In this document: in pieces, positions 55,799-64,000 of the stretch | How positions within the stretch are numbered: the stretch's first letter is position 1 | Layout of the letters: each line of letters opens with the position of its first letter | Assembly: GCA_002011035.2 (NCBI GenBank) | Contig: MTLY02000002.1 | Span: forward strand, 384,001-448,000 | From: Candidatus Hecatella orcuttiae | GTDB lineage: Archaea > Thermoproteota > Bathyarchaeia > Hecatellales > Hecatellaceae | Direction of reading: 5' to 3' | Length of the DNA: 64,000 nucleotides | Translations under genes and position numbers: made by a program | The notes under the pieces: generated by a model | What the model was told of the DNA's origin: nothing | The model's input: only the letters and a program-made list of their open reading frames with translations | Databases searched by the model: none

Positions 55799-58700
55799 CT
55801 ACATGAACTCCGTCAGCTCCAGGGTCTTTTTCCCCGCTTCACCTTCTCCCTCCGAGAAGACCGCTGCGATCTCCTCGGAAACCACTTCTATCCGCTGCCG
55901 GTAGTAGTCTTTGATCCCGTAGGTTTCAGCCAGCCACTCTGCTACTTTGAGGTATTTTTCCACGGAGCCCTTGTAGACGGTTAGGGATATTTCGCCTCCG
56001 CACTTGGAGCATCTACCCCTCAAAGGGATGCGCCTGTGTTTTGCGTTGCATTTTTTACACCGGAAGGCTTGGGAGGCGAAGACCTTGAGGTTGCCGACGA
56101 TGTCCCTCATGAAGTGAACGGCCAAAACTCTTTTGGCCACATCCTTCACGTCCACTCCCTCGATTTTCTCCATCAAGGCCATCTGCTGCCGTAGCTTCTC
56201 CTCCATGGTCCCCAGCTTCTTGTAGACGTTCTCCCCAACCCCCGAGTTGATGTCGGAGACCTCGTGGGAGAAGCCGTAGCCCTCATACTGGGCTGGGTTT
56301 CCCAGCCTGAACTGAACCATGTCTAGGAGGTTCATGACAAACCTGGGCGGCAGCTTCTCCCAGGTCCTCTGGAAGAATTCCAAGGGGTAAACATGGGAGA
56401 GGTCTAAGCTCCAAACCTGGTCGTCCACCTCCAAAGGGTTGACCAGAGGCGTCAGGAGGAGCGGCGCGTCCATGATGCCCCCTATCTGCGCGGGCAAGTA
56501 GTCTCGGGAAAAGTTGAGGAAGGCGTCCAACGCCAGCATCACGCAGTCTTCGTCGCCGTCGCAGTCCCTCCGCTTGGCGGAAATCCAAAGGGGATGAGCG
56601 TAGCAAACGTTCAGCTTGGAGAAGCCGACAATTCTGCCTAAGACCCCGGCTGAAGTGTGAGGTGAAAGCCCCACCACCAAGTGGCCTAGAAGGTCCCGTC
56701 TCTCTTGGGCGTTGTAAAACCTCGGAAGCCCGTAGAAGCGTTGGAGAAGCTCGTCCACAAACCCAGCTACCCGAACAAGGTAGTCGCCGCATTTCTCAGA
56801 GATTACAATGTCCTGAACCTTAAGCTCGCAAAGCTGGTCTGGGCCGGTGAGAGGGCGGCCTTCCCTGTCCACGGTGTAGCCCAGCCTCCGGAGGTCCTCC
56901 GCGGAAACCCCCACCTCCGAAGGGCGGAAGTGGGTGAGGGGAGCGTTGGTGAGATCATATCGGACGGTTCCATCCTTGAAGACGGTGAGGCCGTATTTCG
57001 CCCTCAGAAGCCCCTTCTCCAAGGGTTCAGGAATCCTAGTCTCGTTCATCAGCCCCTTAACTCCCTTCACCAGCTGGGGGAGAGACATCCCCAAGCGGGA
57101 GGACGCCTCCTTCAGCCAGCCCTCCAAGTCGATGTTCTGCCTCTCGTAGAAACGCCCCTCCACCCCGCAGGCTGCACACCTGTCGCCGGAGAGGGGCCTC
57201 CGGCATCGGGGGCAGAACCGGTGGAGGCTAGTCTTGGAGCCGCAGCTGGGGCAGAAGGGCAGGGGTGTGAGGCCGCCGCAGCCTCCGCATTTCCGCTTAA
57301 CCAGCTCCACGTTCACCGCCTTCCCAGCTCCCTCCACGAGGTTCCGCTGAGCTCCCCCGCTGAGGCCTACGGGGAAGAGCACGTGCACAGGAGGCTTCAT
57401 CTTTCTCTCCGCAGCCTTTTCAGGCCGCCCCATTCTGGCCCCTACGAAGCAGGAGTATTTGTCCCGAACCTCAAAACCCGCGGTGACGCTGACAGCTTGG
57501 AGAACCGTCAAGCCCTGTTCCAGCCGGGGGATTTCCCTGTTTAAGCCCAGGCACCAGGCTAGGGCGGCAGCGTCCCCGTCGGCCGCGATCAGCTTACCCT
57601 CCTCAACCCGGTGGGGTAGAAGCAGCCTCTCGAAGATCGTCTTAACCTGAGCGTCTAGGTCTAGGGTGATGGTCTCAGCCAGCTCTCCCCTCGTTTCGAT
57701 TTCACCCTCAGCCAGGCGGCTTCTCAGCCGTAGGAACTCCTCCAAGCATATGTTCCGCCAGAAGTAGGTGTAGCGGGGGTGAAGGGGCACCCCCAGCTTG
57801 GAGGAAATTTTTATGGCCTCCGCCGCGCTGGGCTTGACAGCTAGGGGGCTGTCTGCTAAAGACTGGAGGCGGAGGTAGGGGATCCCTAGGTTTCCAGCGG
57901 TCTCCTCTCCCCTTTCTCCAAGGGCTTTTTTCAGCTCCCAAGCCCACCATTCCTCCACGAACCCTGAGGGTGCGAGAGGTTTTCCGTTCTCCAGAAACTC
58001 GGAAAAAGAAATAAGAAGGTCGCCTAGGAAGAGGATTTTGTCCACCTCCCCCTTCAAGGCTTGAGCCTTCTCCACGGTTTCCACCCTCACCACCGAGCCT
58101 GACTTCAGCCGGACCACAGGCGGCTCAACGGTGTCCACAGCGCTTACAATCCCCCCTTTCTCAGGGAACTCCAAGCGCAGCTGGGTTCCCACAGCCATGA
58201 AGCCTCCCAGCACCGTCATAGTAGCCGGATGCACCCCCACGCTGGTCAGGCCGGTGTTTCGGGCGCGGCCGTAGCGGAGCCTAAACCTGCTGCCGTACTT
58301 GGAGGTGGAGGGGAAGGAGAACACCGGCCGCCCGGCGATGATGTCGTGGAGGTAGGGGGACTCTGCTTCCTCCTCGCTTCGGCTGGCCGTGATCTTCCTC
58401 AGCCAGTCCCACCCTGTGAGGTTCAGCTCCCTGACCACCTTCCAAACCTTGGAAGCCCTGCCGACGATGCCGTCGTTGACCACCCGGAGGGCGCCTCCCC
58501 GCACCGCGTTGGTCTCTATCCCGGGGATGTTCCTGAAGTCCGCTACCTCCACCGGGTCTGTTCGGATGCCGGTGACCTCCACGGGAAGATGGTGGAGGAC
58601 GTAGGTGAGGGTTTCGTCGTCCACGTGAAACTGAAACCGGGAGACCTCCCGCTCGTAAAGCCGGAGCTCCTCGATGAACCGGGAGACCTCCTCGTCCCTA

Positions 58701-59242
58701 GCCCTGTAGGCTTCCAGCCCCAGCAGCCTCCGAACATAATCCCCCAGCACAGCCACCAGCCCCAGCTCCGTCCCCCCCGCCGACCTCATAGGGCCTGCGA
58801 AGTAGATGGCCAAATGCCTCAGCGCCCGGCCTGGGCCTCCGCTCCGCTGCTTCACGGCCACCCTGTCTATGCCTTGGATGGGCGCGGCGGTGACTCCCTC
58901 GGTGAGGATGGCGGTTCCCGTCTTAACCGCCTGCTCAGCCGCCTGCTCAGGGGGGAGGACGCCGAAGGCGCCGTAGACGATTTCCTCCGCGACCTTGAAG
59001 GCCATGGGCGCTCTGTCCAAGCGTCCCAGCTCCCTGATCTTCCTGCCAACCCCCGGGGGGCCTACCATGTATTCAACCCGGTCGGCTAGGTCTCGGGATA
59101 CGCGGATTTCCTCCTCCACCGAGCCTTTAGGGTCGAAGCCCTTGGCCTTGGCGGCGTCGGCTGTTTCGAACAGGCCCTTGAGCTGAGCCTCCAGTCGGCT
59201 GAAGTACTCAGCGTAGGCTGGGCTTCGGTCTTGCGTGGGCAT
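55799..59242 (-). CDS. polC: DNA polymerase D large subunit DP2
   Basis: TEGVTAAP, FAGPMRSAGGT, RLRYGRARNTG, ARMGRPEKA, RRDCDGDED, Zn fingers. Confidence 0.97.
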   Translation of the reverse strand: MPTQDRSPAYAEYFSRLEAQLKGLFETADAAKAKGFDPKGSVEEEIRVSRDLADRVEYMVGPPGVGRKIRELGRLDRAPMAFKVAEEIVYGAFGVLPPEQAAEQAVKTGTAILTEGVTAAPIQGIDRVAVKQRSGGPGRALRHLAIYFAGPMRSAGGTELGLVAVLGDYVRRLLGLEAYRARDEEVSRFIEELRLYEREVSRFQFHVDDETLTYVLHHLPVEVTGIRTDPVEVADFRNIPGIETNAVRGGALRVVNDGIVGRASKVWKVVRELNLTGWDWLRKITASRSEEEAESPYLHDIIAGRPVFSFPSTSKYGSRFRLRYGRARNTGLTSVGVHPATMTVLGGFMAVGTQLRLEFPEKGGIVSAVDTVEPPVVRLKSGSVVRVETVEKAQALKGEVDKILFLGDLLISFSEFLENGKPLAPSGFVEEWWAWELKKALGERGEETAGNLGIPYLRLQSLADSPLAVKPSAAEAIKISSKLGVPLHPRYTYFWRNICLEEFLRLRSRLAEGEIETRGELAETITLDLDAQVKTIFERLLLPHRVEEGKLIAADGDAAALAWCLGLNREIPRLEQGLTVLQAVSVTAGFEVRDKYSCFVGARMGRPEKAAERKMKPPVHVLFPVGLSGGAQRNLVEGAGKAVNVELVKRKCGGCGGLTPLPFCPSCGSKTSLHRFCPRCRRPLSGDRCAACGVEGRFYERQNIDLEGWLKEASSRLGMSLPQLVKGVKGLMNETRIPEPLEKGLLRAKYGLTVFKDGTVRYDLTNAPLTHFRPSEVGVSAEDLRRLGYTVDREGRPLTGPDQLCELKVQDIVISEKCGDYLVRVAGFVDELLQRFYGLPRFYNAQERRDLLGHLVVGLSPHTSAGVLGRIVGFSKLNVCYAHPLWISAKRRDCDGDEDCVMLALDAFLNFSRDYLPAQIGGIMDAPLLLTPLVNPLEVDDQVWSLDLSHVYPLEFFQRTWEKLPPRFVMNLLDMVQFRLGNPAQYEGYGFSHEVSDINSGVGENVYKKLGTMEEKLRQQMALMEKIEGVDVKDVAKRVLAVHFMRDIVGNLKVFASQAFRCKKCNAKHRRIPLRGRCSKCGGEISLTVYKGSVEKYLKVAEWLAETYGIKDYYRQRIEVVSEEIAAVFSEGEGEAGKKTLELTEFM

Positions 59243-59252
59243 GGAGGTCCCT

Positions 59253-59495
59253 TCAGGCGATTTTTCTCGCGTAGAACATGTCGCTGAACTTGCAGTAAAC
59301 GTCCACAGGCTGGCTTCCGGGAGGCGCGGGGACTTCCCCCGTCAAACCGCAGAGGCTGCAGCGGACTGAGGCGTTTCCTTCCCCTGGGCTTATGGTTACG
59401 TGGATGGAGCGTCCTCCGCACCGGGGGCAGATGAAAAACTTGGGAAGGGTTCGCTTGATTATCTTTACTACTTTCTTCCTCCGCCTTCTACCCAA
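59253..59495 (-). CDS. elf1: Transcription elongation factor Elf1
   Basis: MGRRRRK...LPKFFICPRCG...CSLCG...VDVYCKFSD; start moved to TTG 59495. Confidence 0.88.
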   Translation of the reverse strand: MGRRRRKKVVKIIKRTLPKFFICPRCGGRSIHVTISPGEGNASVRCSLCGLTGEVPAPPGSQPVDVYCKFSDMFYARKIA

Positions 59496-59634
59496 AACGA
59501 TGCACCTAACCTTGCCATGTAGAATGTGGAGGTTATCTGAATTAAGCTTTAACCGGAGGCTTCCCCTGTTCACGGATCAGAACAGGCTGTTCTAAGGTGT
59601 AGGATTAAGGGCAAGCGGGCCGCTGTTATTTTCC

Positions 59635-60465
59635 GTGAGAAAGGGAGAAGGAGGTGAAGTCTTGAGCCAGAAAACCAACCGGTTTACCCTCACCACCGTG
59701 GCGGTAGCAGCCCTCATTCTCTTGGCTGCCAACATATCCCTGATGATTCCCCTCTACGCTGAAAGAGCAGCAGCCCCCAAGGGGGAGTTCCCCGCAGCGC
59801 CTTGGCAGCCGACCCAACTGGCGGAGCAGCGGGAAAATATCATATCCCTAACAGGAACCGGAACCGTCAAGGCGGAGCCTGATTTGGCCGTGATCCAGCT
59901 GGGCGTCGAGACGCGGGCATCGTCGGCGGGGGAAGCCCAAAGGCTGAACGCAGAGCGGATGGCCGGGGTGATCGCCGCCCTCCAAGAGGTGGGAATAGGA
60001 GAGGAGGACATGTGGACTGCGGGTTTCACCCTCACCCCTCTGACCAAGTATCCCGCGGGGGGAGGTGTTGCTGAAATCTTAGGCTACCTCTGTCGAAACA
60101 GTCTCACCGTCCAGTTAGACGACATGGAAGCTGTGGGGCGAATCCTCGACCTAGCCGTGGCCGCTGGAGCCAACCAGATCTCCTCGGTGTATTTCACCCT
60201 CTCCCAAGACCTGAGGAAAACACTCCAAGACCAAGCGACCACCATGGCGGTAGAGGACGCGGAGGCTAAGGCGCAGCTCCTAGCCGAAGCCGCTGGAGTC
60301 CAGCTCATCAGCCCTACCAGTCTCTCCCTCAGCGTAGGCTACCAGCCTGAATACAGGGTTTTCATGGAAGCCGCGGTGCCGATGCCTACTCCGGCTCCCA
60401 CGCCCATCCTGCCGGGGGAAGTGGAGGTTACCGTAACCGTCTATGTGACCTACGCTTTCCAGTAG
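59635..60465 (+). CDS. SIMPL (DUF541) domain protein with N-terminal TM
   Basis: ISLTGTGTVKAEPDLAVIQLGVET, AGANQI, AVEDAEAKA, PGEVEV. Confidence 0.85.
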   Translation: MRKGEGGEVLSQKTNRFTLTTVAVAALILLAANISLMIPLYAERAAAPKGEFPAAPWQPTQLAEQRENIISLTGTGTVKAEPDLAVIQLGVETRASSAGEAQRLNAERMAGVIAALQEVGIGEEDMWTAGFTLTPLTKYPAGGGVAEILGYLCRNSLTVQLDDMEAVGRILDLAVAAGANQISSVYFTLSQDLRKTLQDQATTMAVEDAEAKAQLLAEAAGVQLISPTSLSLSVGYQPEYRVFMEAAVPMPTPAPTPILPGEVEVTVTVYVTYAFQ

Positions 60466-60553
60466 CCGTTTAAGGCTTCGCGTGGGAAGCCTACCCCAAA
60501 CTTTTTACATCCGCTCCGTCCAGAGTTAGGAAGAAGGCGGACTCAGAGGGTTT

Positions 60554-61003
60554 TTGATGTCCAAAGACGAGGAGGCTTTCTTGGAGGCGGTGCTTCGCGG
60601 CAAAACCCTGCGGGTTTACTGGTATCTCCTCAAACGCGGCGGAGACCATCCCATCGGAGTTCGGGAAGTTCAGAGGGCCTTGGGCTTCAGCAGCCCCAGC
60701 GTGGCCTTACACCACCTGGAGAAGCTGAGGGACCTGAAGCTGTTGGACAAGACCGGAGGCGAATATCTTGTGGCCCGGGAGGTCAAAGTAGGCTTCCTCA
60801 GGCTTTTCCTCAAACTGGGCCGGCTGGTCTTACCCCGGTACCTGTTCTACGCCGTCTTCCTCACCACCATGCTAGCCGCCTACGTGGCCCTCTACCCTCA
60901 AAGCCTCTCCGCCCACAACCTCGTGGCTCTGATCTTCGGCGCCGCCGCCTCCCTCATTCTCTGGTATGAAACCTACCGCGTCTTGAAGGAGGCACCGTGG
61001 TGA
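60554..61003 (+). CDS. Membrane-anchored winged-helix regulator
   Basis: GKTLRVYWYLL...GVREVQRALGFSSPSVALHHLEKL followed by two TM helices. Confidence 0.75.
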   Translation: MMSKDEEAFLEAVLRGKTLRVYWYLLKRGGDHPIGVREVQRALGFSSPSVALHHLEKLRDLKLLDKTGGEYLVAREVKVGFLRLFLKLGRLVLPRYLFYAVFLTTMLAAYVALYPQSLSAHNLVALIFGAAASLILWYETYRVLKEAPW

Positions 61004-61320
61004 AGGAGGCTGCCGGTTTGAAGCTCAACCTCAAGCTTTTATCCTCTGTTCTCCTAGCGGTAGCCCTAGGCTTTGGAGCCGTCGCAGTCCCCTGGGCGCT
61101 CCAACCCGGGGAAATAGTCTACAAAGAACCCTTGAGGGAAGCCTTCGAAACCGTGCCCGAACCTGTGCCTGCCCCTCTCCCCGCCCCCGCAGCCCCAGCT
61201 CAGCCTCCTTCACCCACCCTGCCGCTTCCCACCGTCCTCCTCCTGCCGCTTCTAGGCTGCCTAACAGGCTTCGTCGCCGCGTTCGTGGCGAGGAAACGTC
61301 TGAAGCCTCACCCATCCTAG
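60997..61320 (+). CDS. Small two-TM protein with a Pro-rich loop
   Basis: Hydrophobic termini, PAPLPAPAAPAQPP linker. Confidence 0.55.
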   Translation: MVKEAAGLKLNLKLLSSVLLAVALGFGAVAVPWALQPGEIVYKEPLREAFETVPEPVPAPLPAPAAPAQPPSPTLPLPTVLLLPLLGCLTGFVAAFVARKRLKPHPS

Positions 61321-61342
61321 CCGGGAAACACCAGCCCCCGTC

Positions 61343-62149
61343 CTAGACCATGAGGATGGGAATGTGGCTTCTCTTATGCTCGCTGGAGGCTTTGAGGCTG
61401 CAGACCCTCAGGACGGTTTTGAGGGGAAGCCCAAGCCTGCGAGCCACCAGCCGGGGGGACAGGCCTCGCTCCAGCCCGTAGAGAACCAGGTCCAGCGTCT
61501 GGTAGCGGATTCCCAGCTCCCCTTCATCCGTCTGCCCGGGCCAAAGCCCGGGGCTGGGGGTTTTCCGAAGGATCTGCGGGGGAATATCCAAGTACGCGGC
61601 CAGCTGGTAGACTTGGGTCTTGTAGAGGCCTCCGAGGGGGAGGACGTCGGAGGCTCCGTCTCCGTGCTTGGTGAAGTAGCCGGTTAAGATTTCGCTCCGG
61701 TTCCCGGTGCCCAACACCACGCCCTGAAGCCTGTTGGCGAAATAGTAGAGAACCAGCATCCGCATCCTAGCCTTCAAGTTGCCCTTGGCCAAGAGGCTGG
61801 AGGGATTGAAAACCGGCACCGTCTCGGAAACAGCCTTCAGAGGGTCGGAGATGTCCACGAGGAAGTATCTTATCCCCAGTCTGCCGGCGAAGCGCCCCGC
61901 ATCCTCCACATCCCTCAGGTTGACGGTTTCCTTCTCCGGCATGGAGACCCCCACCACCCGGTCTTTTCCCAAGGCTTCCACAGCCAGCTTGGCCACCACC
62001 GACGAGTCGACTCCGCCGCTCAGCCCTACGACGGCGCAGGAGGCTTGAGCCTGCTCCACGAAACGCTTGAGGAGGGCGGTTAGCCTTTCCGCCGCGGCTT
62101 CAGGGTTTATCCTCAGAAGCTTCTCCGAAAGCTCGAATCCGTGAGCCAA
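61343..62149 (-). CDS. nadE: NH3-dependent NAD+ synthetase
   Basis: GLSGGVDS, NLKARMRM, GTGNRSE, GYFTKHGDG, QTDEGELG. Confidence 0.95.
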   Translation of the reverse strand: MAHGFELSEKLLRINPEAAAERLTALLKRFVEQAQASCAVVGLSGGVDSSVVAKLAVEALGKDRVVGVSMPEKETVNLRDVEDAGRFAGRLGIRYFLVDISDPLKAVSETVPVFNPSSLLAKGNLKARMRMLVLYYFANRLQGVVLGTGNRSEILTGYFTKHGDGASDVLPLGGLYKTQVYQLAAYLDIPPQILRKTPSPGLWPGQTDEGELGIRYQTLDLVLYGLERGLSPRLVARRLGLPLKTVLRVCSLKASSEHKRSHIPILMV

Positions 62150-62286
62150 AAGTATCCCTCCGGCTGCGGTGTATTTTCAACCTCTCAGGTTTTCTCGAAC
62201 AAGATATTTAACCTCCTCTCACCGTAAAGGTTTACTGACCGGCTCGAGGGTCGGTTCCCGTTTCTCGGAAAGCGGGAGGCAGCGCT

Positions 62287-62898
62287 GTGAAAAAGAAAGG
62301 CGTGTTCATCGCTGTGGAGGGCATAGACGGGGCGGGCAAGACCACCCAGGCCTGCATGTTGGTGAAAAAGCTGAGGCAGATGGGCTATGAGGCAGCGTAC
62401 ACCACCGAACCCACCTACGGGCGGGTAGGCGACCTGCTTAGGCTTCACGTTTCCAAGCAGAAACCCCGCGCTCCCCTCTACGAGGCTTTGCTCTTCGCCG
62501 CGGACAGGTTTGAGCATGTGAAAAGGGAAATCCAGCCTAAACTCCGAAGGGGGCTGGTGGTGGTTTCCGACAGGTACCTCTACTCCAGCCTAGCCTACCA
62601 GGGAGCCGCGGGAGTCAGCCTCCCCTGGCTTCGGGAGGTTAACTTCTTCGCCCCCAAGCCGGACCTAACTTTTTACATCGACATATCCCCTGCCAAAAGT
62701 TTAAAGCGGAAGGCGGGGAAGGTGGGCGCCTACGAGAGCCTGAGCTACCAGAAGAAGGTTCGAAAAATCTACTTGGACATGGCTGAGGAAGAAGGCTTCA
62801 CCGTCTTGGAGGGGGAAAAGGGGGCGGAGGAGCTTCACAGGGACATGCTTTCCAAGGTCTTGAAGCTTCTGCCCAAACCCAGGAAGGGCGGAGGCTAG
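62287..62898 (+). CDS. tmk: Thymidylate kinase
   Basis: EGIDGAGKTT, LFAADR, SDRYLYSSLAYQG. Confidence 0.95.
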   Translation: MKKKGVFIAVEGIDGAGKTTQACMLVKKLRQMGYEAAYTTEPTYGRVGDLLRLHVSKQKPRAPLYEALLFAADRFEHVKREIQPKLRRGLVVVSDRYLYSSLAYQGAAGVSLPWLREVNFFAPKPDLTFYIDISPAKSLKRKAGKVGAYESLSYQKKVRKIYLDMAEEEGFTVLEGEKGAEELHRDMLSKVLKLLPKPRKGGG

Positions 62899-63419
62899 AG
62901 GCTCTTCAGTTCGATGAGCTTCAGGGGCTTCAGTCTCCTTTTTTCAGCCTCCTCGTTTATCTTGGCAACCAGCCGCTCTATCAGCTCGTCTAAGGGCAGC
63001 CTCCGGGTTCCCTTAAAATGGCTGACTTGGATTTCCAAGGAACCCCTCTCTTGGAAAAGGAAGCGGACGAAGTTGAAGTCTCCCCAGAGAGGCGCGCTCT
63101 TCCCCCCGCTTTTGTTATGCCGGTAGACGATGTGGACGAAGAAATCCAAAACATCATTCTTTCCCTTACTGAGGTGGCGTTTGATCCTTTCAACTTCCTC
63201 CTCCCTGAGGAAGATGAAGCTGTTGCTCTCGGCAACTCCCACCTCGTAGGCGGTGGTCAAGCCTAGGGCGCTGCCCTCCGGGGGGAGGTTTTCCTTCTGG
63301 GAGTTAAGCCGCCCCATGGCTTCCACCACCAAAACCTGAAGCTTCGCAGGGGAGAAGCCGTAGGAAAACTGGGCGTAGGCTTGGATCACGGAGGGAAAAT
63401 TTTCAAAAACACCCAGCAT
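62895..63419 (-). CDS. Hypothetical protein
   Basis: 174-aa ORF with protein-like composition and an upstream SD/TATA-like region; no family recognised. Confidence 0.6.
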   Translation of the reverse strand: MLGVFENFPSVIQAYAQFSYGFSPAKLQVLVVEAMGRLNSQKENLPPEGSALGLTTAYEVGVAESNSFIFLREEEVERIKRHLSKGKNDVLDFFVHIVYRHNKSGGKSAPLWGDFNFVRFLFQERGSLEIQVSHFKGTRRLPLDELIERLVAKINEEAEKRRLKPLKLIELKSL

Positions 63420-63507
63420 GGCTTCTCCCGAAGGAGATTTCTCTGGGCTGAAGTATATAAGCGAATTTGCACCCTTCTTTCAAAATGGCGGAACCCTGCG
63501 GTAGAGC

Positions 63508-64000
63508 ATGTTGCTTGAACATGTAACACATCCCCTCCTCCGGCCGAGGACGGTGGAGAGGAGATCCTACCAAGAAGCCATAGCAGCCACCTGTCTCCGA
63601 GGAAACACCCTCGTCATCCTCCCCACCGGCCTCGGCAAGACCACCATCGCAGCCTTAACCGCGGCGGAGAGGCTGCGGCTTCACCCCGAAGGCCGATGCC
63701 TCATCCTAGCTCCGACGAAGCCTCTGGCCCTCCAGCACTACCAAACCTTCAGGCGGGTTTTCAACCTAGAGGACTCTGCCTTCTGCCTGCTGACCGGGGA
63801 AAACCCTCCCCAGGAGAGAAGCACCACCAGCGGCCGCCTCATCTTCATGACCCCTCAGGTTTTGGAGAACGACCTCGTCGCGGGAAGAACCACCCTGCGG
63901 GATGTGGTTCTTTTGGTTTTGGATGAAGCCCACCGGGCGGTGGGCAACTACGCCTACGTGTTCATAGCCAAAAACTACGCTGAGGCAGCCCGGCATCCGC
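63508..64000 (+). CDS. hef: Hef/ERCC4-like SF2 helicase, N-terminal part (runs off the window end)
   Basis: Manual translation HPLLRPRTVERRSYQ...NTLVILPTGLGKT...APTKPL...TPQ...DEAHRAVGNYAY. Confidence 0.9.
   Translation, partial: MLLEHVTHPLLRPRTVERRSYQEAIAATCLRGNTLVILPTGLGKTTIAALTAAERLRLHPEGRCLILAPTKPLALQHYQTFRRVFNLEDSAFCLLTGENPPQERSTTSGRLIFMTPQVLENDLVAGRTTLRDVVLLVLDEAHRAVGNYAYVFIAKNYAEAARHP

Noticed and set aside
55799-59242. Intein in DP2
   Set aside because: Length (1147 aa) and the continuous RRDCDGDED motif indicate no insertion.

Overview
This is an archaeal chromosome segment. Elf1 next to DNA polymerase D, a KaiC/MEDS pair and a non-canonical tRNA intron point to the TACK lineage, most plausibly Bathyarchaeia (inference). 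1-15 kb: a visibly AT-richer catabolic region with partial glutamate synthase domain 1, a LIV-type ABC transporter, a xanthine-dehydrogenase-family Mo enzyme and Na+-pumping decarboxylase subunits without the alpha subunit. 15-30 kb: housekeeping and accessory genes (gap, pgk, pxpA, larBC, radical SAMs, VapBC). 30-33.5 kb: toxin-antitoxin remnants and a KaiC-like ATPase/MEDS pair. 33.6-49.85 kb: a compact (~16 kb) head-tail virion gene cluster (terminase, portal, protease, HK97 capsid, neck, tail tube, chaperone, short tape measure, hub, Dit/CBM-like). I could recognise no integrase, att repeats or replication genes in it. It ends right at the promoter of an intact intron-containing tRNA-Ala(UGC). 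It is a candidate archaeal gene-transfer-agent-like system; a decayed provirus is the alternative. Inside it are a holin-like/TerS-like fusion, a probable +1 frameshift in the tail chaperone, a lysine-rich micropeptide with a CTG start and a structured intergenic RNA. 50-64 kb: an AAA+ ATPase with a perfect 38-bp upstream palindrome, an FTR1 iron permease with DtxR-type boxes, then core genes (polD DP2, elf1, nadE, tmk, hef). All calls come from reading motifs by eye; no database searches were run.
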